NCBI RefSeq assembly: GCF_006345805.1
Contig: NC_042998.1
Span: forward strand, 118,358,001 to 118,422,000
Direction of reading: 5' to 3'
Origin: Octopus sinensis
Lineage: Eukaryota
Length of the DNA: 64,000 nucleotides
The notes beneath the pieces are model-generated. The model did not search any database, was not told the origin of the DNA, and worked only from the letters and a program-made list of their open reading frames with translations. A program made the position numbers and the translations under genes. The stretch's first letter is position 1, and each line of letters starts with the position of its first letter. This document shows, piece after piece, positions 41,080 through 52,397 of this stretch.

Positions 41080-41561
41080 CTGTGAAAAAGATGAAAAAAG
41101 GAGAATGTTAGCAATTTGACACATTCCAGGATGTGTGGAGACAATAACAAGTGTGGAAGCAATAGCATAGTGAGTTTTACTGAAGAACAACGGGAAGATA
41201 TTTAAAGAACCACAGACAAAATAAGTGAGTGTAATTTGGTCATATTTTTTCTCAGTCGCATAAGCCTTAGCCTAGTCAACAATAATTCTACGATTAAATT
41301 TGCTATCAAATTTATCATATCTGATTATACGTATTCGAAAATCATTTGTCAGAGAATAATAACTAAAACTGATTAAAATTCAATTTAGATGTGCTCCAGT
41401 TCTAACAATCTATTACATTTGTTTCAAGTTTGTCTCACTCGCAATCATACACACATATGTACACAACCACAGAAACACAAACACACACACACACATACAC
41501 ACACACACATATGTATACAATCACACGCACATACGTACACCTATAATTATTACAGTTATAC

Positions 41562-41897
41562 TTTTACGTTATTTTACTTGTTTCAGTCATTGATTTAGTA
41601 CGTACCACGCTACAGCACCACCTTCATATGAATTTTGTCTAATAGTTAGACCTCAGTACTGATTCCTTTTGTTAAGTCCGGTACACATTCTATCGGTATC
41701 GTTTGCCAAAGCTCTATGGCACAGGGACATAAAAAATTGACACCCATTGCCAAGCAGAGATCAAATATATGCACTTAAATATATTTACGACGAGCATCCA
41801 CACAGTTTCTCTCAGATTCACTCACAAAGCACTGGCCGGTCAGTGGCTATACTAGGAGAAACACCCATCCCAAGTACTGCACAGTGGGACTGAATAC
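41562..41897 (-). mobile_element. Decayed SINE (family A)
   Basis: Diverged but colinear with 5018-5418. Confidence 0.65.
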
Positions 41898-42097
41898 TAT
41901 TATTATAATTTACTCCAAGACCCTGAATGTTAAATACAGAGAGATTCCAAACATTTTAACAAAGATTTTTCTTTCTTTTCATTTCAGACTAAACACCGTG
42001 CTACACGTCTTGGATTGTTTAATGCTCAATTGAATAACCGGCACTTCAATTCCACTTTGACAAAATACAGCTTTTATTGAAGTATATACAATCATAC

Positions 42098-42161
42098 GGA
42101 AATTATTTAGTCCACAAAGTGATGCAACGCAATTCTCGTCCAGCCACGTATTCATTCTCTC
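42098..42161 (-). CDS. Candidate 64-nt coding exon (ERMNTWLDENCVASLCGLNNF)
   Basis: Acceptor ttttgttaaaatgcag, donor tcc|gtatga; phase 0 to 1. Confidence 0.35.
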
Positions 42162-42628
42162 CTGCATTTTAACAAAATCTAATTACATTTTAAAAGCATC
42201 CCCACACATATATACTACTCACACCCTTACGAGCATACACAAGCAGATACTGATTTGTGTAATTAATTCATAAAGACAACAGTGCATAACAACATGGATA
42301 GCAACATAGGAAGAAAGGAATAATTGTAAAAGGGTACAATGCAATAAGGAGGAGGAAAAGTAGACCGAGTACTTTCAATATTCGTCAGAATGCTAAAAAT
42401 AGTTCGTTCCATAAATCATGGTACATATATCCATTCCTCGTTAGTATATGCAAGGAATGGATATCTAGTAATTGACTTTCGGTTATAATTTCAGTTCCCA
42501 TGAGATTTTGCTCAACATCTGTTATTTTTCATAAATGGTTTGCACTTGAACCAAGCTTTCAATTGATATATTGTTCTGGGCTTTGCCTTTCAATCACCCA
42601 AAGTATCTCTCGAGTTTACAAAACTCAC

Positions 42629-42716
42629 TGTTTTTCTAAAGGAGTTGTTGCTGATTGCGTTTGCGGAAAAGTATATTGCACATGTATGACTCCAAAAGTT
42701 CTGCATGAGTATGCAC
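42629..42716 (-). CDS. Candidate 88-nt coding exon within duplication copy 2 (CILMQNFWSHTCAIYFSANAISNNSFRKT)
   Basis: Acceptor attatctccttttag, donor aca|gtgagt. Phase 2 to 0 fits the next two candidate exons; a second frame is also open. Confidence 0.4.
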
Positions 42717-44779
42717 CTAAAAGGAGATAATTATATATTTATAGTAACATTAATATGAAATATAACTGACATGTGAATAAGCAAAGCCTTGTAAAAAGAC
42801 CTATGTGTAACAGATGATTCAATTGCTTTTATAACACAAGAGATATATATGTTTTTATCTGATAATTCCGTCAACGTTTTCTACGTGCAAATGGACCTTT
42901 AGTAACTTCTATGCAACTGGAAAAGCCTTAGGTTTTGAGACAATGCTAGCCTACTTTTTACACATATGAGAAGGCACTTTTCCTTCTTGTCTAAACACAT
43001 GAAAATTTCAGCTACAAGCAGTCAAATGCACCATTGTTCAGCTACAGCCTAATTATTTTACCTTTGCTGCTCTGCGTAAACGGTTGGTGATTTCGATTCA
43101 AGCACACCAAACAGAAAACCTTCATTTCTCTTCTCGTAAATGTTCTTGTGCTCTTATTTTATTATCATTTCATTTATTCATTCCTCCCCCATTCACTCCT
43201 TGAACAAAATACTATTTAGATAGGATCACAAGCATATGTTACTTGAGGAGATATACTTTGTTTATTTATATACTTTTACGTCGATGTTTATGCTCGTGTG
43301 AACATTAAGACAATAATTATACCGAACAAATAAACTTTACAGAGAGGAACAATATAAACATGGGGATACTGTTATCTATAAATCAGCTAGATACTGGCAC
43401 TGCAATATTGAGAACTATAGAGGTATTTGTTTTGGATCTGCAGAGATATTTCCAGCCCTCTAGACATTCTGTAGATTTATGTATGGTTTTAATTTTTATC
43501 AGAATTTTCATAATTCGAAACCTCTTAGAAATGGATGTAAAAAAAAACTATTCTCCATTCTGTGACAAGATATTACCCCCAGGAATCCCCCACCATATAG
43601 AATTAGATCTACCTGATTGGTTATTCATATATTTGACACTAAGAGCAACCCAGAAACATTGGAGTAATCGCAGTAAATTTCAAACTGCTCTACAGTTTTT
43701 GTAGAGTACTTCAAAATCAATTTATGCAACAATCTGTTATGAACTATATACTGTAACAGCATACATTTCTTAGCATCCAGAACTTTTCTGTCCCTTTCAT
43801 TATATCTTGTATCGTATCACACTTCTACTTAGATGAGTCGTGTATTGAGAAATGTCATTGTGTCAGAACTTCTATCCGATGGCGTAATTAAGACAGATAT
43901 GTAATAGGTGATTCTGATTATAAGTATGTGTATATAGCTGAGTTATTGAAAATATGTGTGAATATGTGTGTGTATGTGTGTGCATATCATCTATCGGATA
44001 GAGAATAGAAAGATGTATTCCAGAGATTTCTAGTTTTAAGAGTGAGGGATTTGCGGCCGTGGATGTCAGATTGTATGCGCTGATGAGTCGCTGACTGTGT
44101 ACATTTAAATGTATAATTATATGAACATACGAAAGTAAATTCAAAAATATGTAAGGTTAATGCATGTTTATGTGTATGCTTATCGGTTCTTTGTTTCATT
44201 TTCATTTTATCCTGTAGCGTGCATCCTCCACAAACGTAGATGCGATCGTATGCATGCAGAATTGTAAAATGCGAAAATAGCTGAACGGTTGGATATGTGT
44301 GTATTTGTGTGTGCATGCATTTTGTACATATTTATACGCTTATACAGTTACAGCTTGCTATATTTAGCATGTGTGTAATTATATGATTGTGAACATGTGC
44401 GTGAGAATGCGTCAGGCGTGTAAATCATTTATTGCTTTTAAGCTGCGCTGACAAATTGTTTCATTTACACGTATATGAACATAATTATCCACCGTACATT
44501 CCAAACATTAAATTCTGTAAGACTGATTTCCCTTGTTTCTCATGAACACGATGTCAGTCCCGGATCATATCTGAGCAAAAGGACAAGTATTTAACATCCG
44601 ACAAATTTTCATATTATTTGTGGCGTCATGCTTTCTAATCGAATTCACAGACGAGCGTAGAAATATGTGGTAGTGTCGGTAGAACATCTAATTTTTACTA
44701 ATTTGGTTTCGGATGTCAGAATTTAGTATTTTATACTCAGCTTCTGATAATCAATGTTTTCTTCCTTTCGTTACACAGA

Positions 44780-44845
<66 letters not shown>

Positions 44846-44846
<1 letters not shown>

Positions 44847-45002
44847 TTTATTTAAAGCAGCAGAAAATTCAACAAAACCTGTTACTCTGAGTTTCACGTT
44901 CCCGTTCGTCGGACAGTTTTTGCTAGAAAAACTGTCAGACGAACGGGAACGTGAAACTCAGAGTAACAGGTTTTGTTGAATGTTCTGCTGCTTTAAATAA
45001 AG
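44846..45002. repeat. 157-bp palindrome (76-bp arms, 2 mismatches, 5-nt loop) carrying a hammerhead-like motif on each strand
   Basis: Mismatches at 44866/44982 and 44911/44937. Motifs at 44932-44969 (+) and 44879-44916 (-). Confidence 0.93.
44932..44969 (+). ncRNA. Hammerhead-like motif with U4A core variant
   Basis: CUGU-CAGACGA-ACG(GGAA)CGU-GAAA-C(UCAGA)G-UA-ACAG. The mirror copy has CCGACGA. Confidence 0.55.
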
Positions 45003-45071
45003 CATATTACTCTACCACTGGTATTTGAGTACTCTTTTTTCTACCTTGTTTCCCATCCATGTGTTTACTCC

Positions 45072-45110
<39 letters not shown>

Positions 45111-45177
45111 TTGTGTGTGGCTGTATATATACACATACACACACACACATATATATATATGCACATATATATATAAT

Positions 45178-45228
<51 letters not shown>

Positions 45229-45509
45229 ATGCATGTTCGTGTGTGTGTGTAATGTATGTATGTGCTGTGCGTGCTGCAGTGTGAGTTATACAGTAAAATA
45301 TCTAAGTTATACAGTGAAACATCAAAACTGTGTAATCAATCTTAAAACAATTAGTCAAGAGGCAATCTGAAGTACTTATCTTACTGTCGTGAACATCGAT
45401 TCTGTTTTATCGTTTCGTTTATTTCTTATGTATTAGGTAACTTGTTGCTGTTTAAATGGATTATAGATGATTACTTAATTGGTTGTAGAGAAAAGCAGGG
45501 CTTGGAATC

Positions 45510-45660
45510 TTATCTTTTACTTGTTTCAAACACTGGGCTTCGACCATGTTGAAGCACTGCTTTGACGTGTTTAGTTAAGTAAATCGATCCCAGTATCTAT
45601 ATTTAAATTTCGTCTCATATATATTCTATCAAGTGTTATGGAGAACTGCTAGATTGGATA
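45510..45660 (-). mobile_element. Partial decayed SINE (family A 3' part)
   Basis: cttttacttgtttc...gaagcactgc...tcgatcccagta matches family A. Confidence 0.5.
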
Positions 45661-45703
45661 TATATATATTTCATAGTTCAAAATAGCATAGAAGGTCTAG
45701 AAA

Positions 45704-45749
45704 CCACCTGATGAATGTCCATAGAAGTGACAAGAAACGATCGTAGTGG
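45704..45749 (+). ncRNA. Minimal type I hammerhead motif (second family)
   Basis: CCAC-CUGAUGA-aUGUC(cauagaagu)GACAa-GAAA-C(GAUC)G-UA-GUGG. There is an A.A mismatch at the base of stem II. Confidence 0.72.
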
Positions 45750-45935
45750 ATATCTTAATTATATTTAATTTATATAAATTTTTTTATGTATTGGATTAAG
45801 TCTTTCTTTGATTGATTTGCATAATAATGGCTTTGTCTCTAATTAATATTATATTATATTTTACTATAAAATCGGATTCAATCCTAAATCTGATTTTTCC
45901 CTGTAAATTTGGATTTATTCCCTAATTTTTATTAT

Positions 45936-45975
<40 letters not shown>

Positions 45976-46112
45976 TATATATATATGAACTGATGAAGGG
46001 TCGTTCTTTATGTTACTTGTCTTGTTTTCCATTTGTTTCTCTCGTTGTTCGCAAAAAAGTTTGTTTTCGTATTTCATGTTGTTTAAGTTTAGTGACGTCA
46101 TGTACCTATATA

Positions 46113-46209
<97 letters not shown>

Positions 46210-46699
46210 AGTATGTACATATATGTATGTATATATACCTATATATATATATTATTTACATTATTATATGATTGAACACCACGCATCCATTTTCAAATAA
46301 GGTTATTTTAATCATTTTGATTCGACTCTCCTCTATATAGTTTTCTATCTCTTCTCTTGACAGTTTTCTATCTCTCCGTCTCTCTCTCTCTTTCTCTGTC
46401 GCTCCCTCTTCTTCCTTAAACTCTCTCGTTGGTCATACCTGACCACCGTCCATCTTTTTTCCCCACGTGATCATCTTTCTTTTCTTCCGGCCAGTTGCAC
46501 AGACCAGACGTATTCTTGTGTGTCTCCTCTCCTATCTTTTCTCCTGTCAAAGAATGTTCATCAGCGTTGGCCACCTTACCCCGTCTGGCTTAGCAGACCT
46601 CACTACTTGTTTCACTGTCTTGTTTTTGTTACCAACTTTGACCCTCCTCAAAACCCCAAAATTTATTTTGGTTTGCGGGAGCAACTGTTTTCTGGAAGG

Positions 46700-47460
46700 C
46701 ACATATTTATGTTTGTCGTCTTATTTCAAACAAATTTATTTTTATATGGTGTAGGACCGCCTTTGACAGTAATTACAGCTTGAATTCTACGAGCTATGGA
46801 CTCGTTCAAAGTTTGAATTTTTTCCAAAGGAATTTTTGTCCGTTCTTCAGCTAAAACAGTCTACAGCTCTTGTAGTGATGATGGTGGAAGATATCGACTT
46901 CTTATATCGACTCCTTAAATTTTTTTCTACGATGCACCATAAATGTTCAATAATATTGAGATCTGGGGACTGTGGTGCCAGATAAGATGTTCAACCTCAC
47001 TAGAATGTTCCTCGTGCCATTCAATAACATTAGCTGTGTGAATTGGTGCATTATCATCCTGAAATTTTGTGTTTCCCTCCGCACAAAGTTACGCAACCAT
47101 AGGATGAATTTGATCAGATAAAATGCTTAAATAGTCTTGCCTATTAATTCTGCCATGAAGGGAAACTATTAAGCCGGAAGATGTCCAAGATATAGCCCTC
47201 CAGATCATCACAGATCCTCCTCCATCTTTAAAAGTTGGAAGAAGGCAGTTTGGGTCTAACGCTTATTTTAGCTGTCTCCACACGTATTCTCGGTCGGTGG
47301 TCGGAAATAGAGTAAATGATGACTCGGCCGAGAAAATAACATTCTTCCACTTCCCTAGGGACCAATTCTGTATGTTTTTACTCTACTCTAAACGATTTGC
47401 AATGTTTGTTTTTGAAAGTAGTGGTTTTCTGATTGCATCCCTCCCGTGAAATCCAGAGAT
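46700..47460 (-). mobile_element. Decayed Tc1-like (DD34E) transposase
   Basis: IRKPLLSKTN, WKNVIFSAESSF, GGGSVMIW, FQDDNAPIHTA and SPDLNIIEHLW. Confidence 0.88.
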
Positions 47461-47851
47461 GAGTTTAAAATAATAAATTATTGAACTTCGAGAAATATAA
47501 GCTATATTAGACAAACCACTGAGAGCCTCTATATAGTCACCTTACTTCCGAGAAATAACTTCCAGATCTCACACAGATGATAACGTGTTGTCTTAAGAAA
47601 GGAATCTACACATTAGATAATATAACCTTAAATACTTAAGAAATACGAAATTGCCACATCTCGAATGCTCCTGGTGCTATGTCTATTTCATGAGAGTTGA
47701 TATGAATGCGAACATTAGCAACACACAATTCGACGTTGCTAAATCATAATAGAATCCACCGTGATAGCAAATAAATAAAAAAAAAAACTTGGTTACCATC
47801 AATTATATGTGGAAAATTAATGACGATTCACGTCCACAAAATGTAGCTCAC

Positions 47852-47877
47852 AGAAGAATCCGTTAAGTTTTGTTGAC
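47852..47877 (-). CDS. Candidate 26-nt exon (G)QQNLTDSS
   Basis: Acceptor attctttattcttcag, donor tct|gtgagc. Confidence 0.3.
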
Positions 47878-48576
47878 CTGAAGAATAAAGAATCTTAAAC
47901 TTTTTGTCCAGTTGCCCTTTGTTGGATAGTGAAGAAAAGAAAGTATTTCAGCCATTTGAACTGCGTAAATCAGCATTTCATCTCTCTTCCCCATTCAAAA
48001 ACGAAATGTTAGATTATTCAATCCTCTTCGTATTTCTATTTCTTGATCTCTCGTGACCTCTTTTACGAAATAGAAAACAAGCTGAGATAAATTAATTAAT
48101 CTTCTTAGTAATTCATCGTTTGAATCTCATTAATACATCCTCTAAATCCTCGTTGATTGACCTAGGTCTCTAAGAAACAATAGTATGAATATTTTATATG
48201 GCGAATGAAGGAAATGCATTAATCTTAGTGTCAGATATGGAAAGCCGTTGGATGTTATCTTAATCAGATCAAATCATGCCATTTCTGTTTATTCTAAGTA
48301 TGTTTTCGATTTGTAACAGTAATCAATAAACCAATAATTTGTAATATTATAGCGAGAGAAAAACGCTTCTACGTAGAAATCCCAACGAAAGCAATGATTA
48401 AAGAAAGTTTCTGTTATTAATCAATATGGTGTGTAAAATAAATAATAAAGCAGAAAGGTGACAAGCTTAATAAAGAACAGAAATAGAACCTACGTTCTTA
48501 AAGATTTTCCAATTTATTTCAAATATTTAAGTGTTAAAACATTCAAGTTTTAAATTCCAATTATTGGATTACTCAC

Positions 48577-48692
48577 CAGAGTACGTGATATTTGTAAAAA
48601 GTAAAAAAAAATAGGGAGAACATATGCACTGTGGCAACACGTCTTCATTTTACTCGCAGAAATATCGCAATATTCAGATACTTCATTATATT
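48577..48692 (-). CDS. Candidate exon with a signal-peptide-like start (MKTCCHSAYVLPIFF...)
   Basis: Acceptor ccatttatttatag, donor ctg|gtgagt; ATG at 48648; hydrophobic stretch. Confidence 0.35.
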
Positions 48693-48770
48693 CTATAAAT
48701 AAATGGATATAGAGTGATGAAAGAGTGGTAGAGACAAAGCGAAAGGCGAGAAACGCAGCAAATGAGAGAA

Positions 48771-48811
<41 letters not shown>

Positions 48812-50721
48812 GAGAGAGCATGTGAGATAGAGAGATATTTTCACCAAAAACATCGGTTTAATTACAGAAATTGCACTACTACTTTCAAGTTAGCGACAAA
48901 CAATGAACGTTCAAAGGCATTTCAACGCGCTATTATGTTATCATAATTACTGTTCATATCTGGTTAGTCATCTTTGGTGAAAAAATGTTAAACAATTGAA
49001 TGAAATACACCTTTGAAATAAATACTTAAAAGAAAGGTTATTTCAAATTAGTAGAATATGTTACTCCCTTCAATATAATAGCATTTTTGGAAGTTCACAC
49101 GGTGATTAGAAATTTCCATATTTGTAGCGGGAATATTTTATTCTCTATTTTAATTAATATCAAGGATTTTAATAATAAACCTTATCTTTCCTAAAGGATA
49201 TTAAAATTTAATTTTGTTGAATCAGTTACGGAATAAAATATTCAAAATCATTCCAATAAAATATTCAAAAATAATAAGATGTAATTCTTATTTCCTTGAA
49301 AGCGTTAGAGTAAAATCAGATACTGCTTTATAGAAAATTAGCAAGATGCTATTATAGATTGAGAACAATAACAGCAAACGTTCCACCTTTTGTTAATCAA
49401 TGGTTATAAGATCAGCAGCATGTTTCTCTGGTTAATACCGCTTCAGCTGCGTGCTGAACATCAGATAAATTTAAGAAGGCTGCATATATTATATACAAAT
49501 CAGTATCGAGTGTTACCAGACAGACGTTTACAAGGGTGTACAAACATAACGACGAAGAGCTCAACCAAAAATTGTTAAACTGATAATCTACAGGTGGATA
49601 TCTATGCCGTGGTGAAACATTTGGGATACAGTTGGCGATATATCTCACGTGTAAATTGGAGTTACTAACCTCCTTGGGTTTTGTGACAAACTAACAGGTA
49701 GCTTTCATAGTTATTAAAAATTATGTATTCATTCGTCTTTGTAATGAGAAATAGATAAAACAAGTCTTGCGCAACATACATTTGACGAGCTTTGACGGTA
49801 CGATCACTAGCATAGTCATGATTAGAGAGATATCCGATCTGCTGACGTCTTCGCCATTTTAGTTTCATGGTAAGACCTTTGTCTTGGATAGTTTGTCGAG
49901 GATGTAGACAACCACAATCTCTAAATGTAAAGGTAACTCTCTGCAGGACTCTGGTTGGAGTTTCAAAATCTTAATTTGCGACTTTCGTAGTGAGACCCAT
50001 AAGGGAATCAAACCAACAATAATTTCAAAGTTTTTAATTATTCCACTTTCAAAGAAAGATTATTTTTATCAACCTCACAGAATTACAGAGAATTTCACAC
50101 TCGTATTTTAGCAAAATAATTTATTACCCTTTGCTCCTTAATATAATATCACCCTTCGTGATGCAACCAAATATGTGTTCGCTAAAGGTAAACCGGCGCT
50201 ACGAGAGATACTCTCCCTTAGAATTATCATACACTGAACAGTGAACCTCCCAAAAAATACATCAATTTTATTAGATAGAACTTTTTGATAGTGTCAACAG
50301 ATAGGAGACTTTTAATCACTTGTTAAAATACGACACTGAATACGATTGCTAAACCCATCACAATCATGTTTGAACATTCATATTAAGCTAATATGATACT
50401 GTTAACGTATTTACAAAAAGATTAGATTAAAATAATAGCTGTTCATTAATCATGATATTCGTATTGCATGTGCAATCCTAATTCATATTAATTCAGAATT
50501 ATTTTTCGTAATTGTAGCTCTTTTTCTTTGATCAGTAGCAAGCATGAAGCTAATATTTTTCTCTAACACTAGAGTACAGGACTTGATTAAACAATTCCCT
50601 GTTCTCTCTACGTTAATATTAACTATACTAAAACTGATTTAACTACAACGAACATGCAGTAAGCTGGTTGTTTTGGAGGGGGAATCTAAGTCTATACATA
50701 TATATATATATATATATATAT

Positions 50722-51007
50722 CCCACCATCACGTGACCACCTGACCGATCAGGCTATGAGATGTTGCTACACATCGCTGGTCACAATGACACCACCCCGC
50801 TGGCTACGCGAGCAGGCCAACAGAAGAAAGATGAGAGAAAGTTGTGTCGAAAGAGTACAGCAGGGATCGCCACCATCCCCTGCCGGACCTCGTGGAGCTA
50901 TAGGTGTTTTCGCTCAATAAACACTCACAACACCCGGTCTGGGAATCGAAACCACGTACCTACGACTGCGAGTCCGCTGTCCTAACCACTGGGCCATTTC
51001 GCCTCCA
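50722..51007 (-). mobile_element. tRNA-derived SINE (family B)
   Basis: Head gtggaggcgaaatggcccagtggttaggacagcggactcgcagtc...gtttcgattccc is tRNA-like, with A and B boxes. Confidence 0.85.
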
Positions 51008-51024
51008 CACACACACACATATAT

Positions 51025-51052
51025 ACCGGAGTCATTCTTGTTGCTTATTTTG

Positions 51053-51086
<34 letters not shown>

Positions 51087-51291
51087 CAAAATAAGCAACA
51101 AGAATGACTCCGGTAATTTGTTTCGCACTACATCATTTTATTAAAACCTATATATGGAAAACCTATATAATTGGCTGATGGGCACTCAGCATCTTAAATC
51201 TGTTGTAATACTTAAAACTTTTAATAAAATGATGTAGTGCGAAACAATTGTACCAAATTACCGGAGTCATTCTTGTTGCTTATTTTGATTA
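51025..51291. repeat. Nested inverted repeats around (TA)n and around a hammerhead-like motif
   Basis: A 32-bp arm occurs at 51025-51056 (+), 51083-51114 (inverted) and 51260-51291 (+). A larger fold-back pairs 51083-51146 with 51219-51291. Confidence 0.92.
51171..51256 (+). ncRNA. Hammerhead-like motif with A9G core variant (third family)
   Basis: UUGG-CUGAUGG-GCACU...AGUGC-GAAA-C(AAUU)G-UA-CCAA. Confidence 0.6.
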
Positions 51292-51397
51292 TAATCACCC
51301 CTCAAATTTTTATGGATAACACCATACAAAATTTTGGTGCATCTAAATTAAGTACCATACTCATTCGAATCTAAATTTTGCTGAACTATATATATAC

Positions 51398-51615
51398 AGG
51401 CGGCGAGCTGGCAGAAACCTTAGCACGTCGGGCAAAATGGTTAGCTGTATTTCACCCGTCGCTACGTTCTGAGTTCAACTTATGCAGAGGTCGACTTTGC
51501 CTTTCATTCTTTCCGAGTCGATAAATTAAGTACAAATTGCGTACTGAGGACGATCTAATCGACTGGCACCCTCCTGCCCAAAAAATTCGGGCCTTGTGGC
51601 TAAAGTAGAAGAGGA
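51398..51615 (+). mobile_element. tRNA-derived SINE (family C)
   Basis: aggcggcgagctggcagaa...gagttcaa...gaggtcgactttgcctttcat; further copies at 26.8, 59.4 and 62.2 kb. Confidence 0.85.
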
Positions 51616-51789
51616 GAACTTAGTGGGGAGATGACAGGAATGTAGCCTCTTCTAGATATGCGATAGATACATTACATTCCACCTAAATGTATACGCCTTC
51701 TCTATCCAGAAACAGAAAATAGTTACTAAATGTCTAATAAACAAAAGAGAACCAATTCCTCCAAACCTCCACGTTATGATAGAGAATGG

Positions 51790-52395
51790 TAGCTCTCCTG
51801 TACCAGTTTGGGAGATATCACTCACACCATCAGCAGCTACCCTAAAATATCTACTATGAATTTATATTATACCCTGAGACATGATATAGTTCCGACCACT
51901 ATTTACAACGCTCTACTCAGAAAGGATTGGCCTGAAATACACATTAAAATCATGTCAGAAGCAGCATGTATTCACACCTTTAAAACAAGTAATACTGGTG
52001 GATCACACCAATAAAAACAACGATTTGGAGCGGAACAAAAGTCATGCACTGTTGTAGAGGTCAGCCGTCCAGTCTAGGAAAAAGAGAACATTTATTGCGA
52101 ATTAATGAGGAAATTATAACTCTTCCACATTGACTCTAAATTTTCATTTGAACCTATCATCTTGTGTACATTATGTTTTGTATCTACAAATTTTCAGAAA
52201 ACCCTAGCAATACTAGGAAAATCAAAAGCAACTGACGCAGTTTCTCTATTATCGGCCCAGTGATGATTTGTAAGACAGTCCAAAATTCTCTGTGGAGATT
52301 CTGTAGATAAATATATATATACTCTCATCGCTTTGTTAGCAACCGGTTTGAATTCTTTTAAGAACTGAAATAAACACATTACAGAAAGTATCATA
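51790..52395 (+). mobile_element. Decayed 3' RLE fragment of the 6.5-11.3 kb LINE family
   Basis: GDITHTISSYPKISTMNLYYTLRHDIV parallels YITHIISSCSKMSSRYYLPMRHDVV; 3' UTR motif gttagcaaccggtt. Confidence 0.75.
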
Positions 52396-52397
52396 CA

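Noticed and set aside
43360-43704. 114-aa plus-strand ORF
   Set aside because: No recognisable motif; exon-like signals on both strands conflict, so it is unsupported without transcripts.
45990-46030. CTGATGA followed by agggtcgttcttt as a hammerhead
   Set aside because: No GAAA after the weak stem II and no stem I or III; at most a truncated remnant.
50930-51007. tRNA gene
   Set aside because: The tRNA-like head continues into a SINE body with dispersed relatives and does not form a clean cloverleaf.
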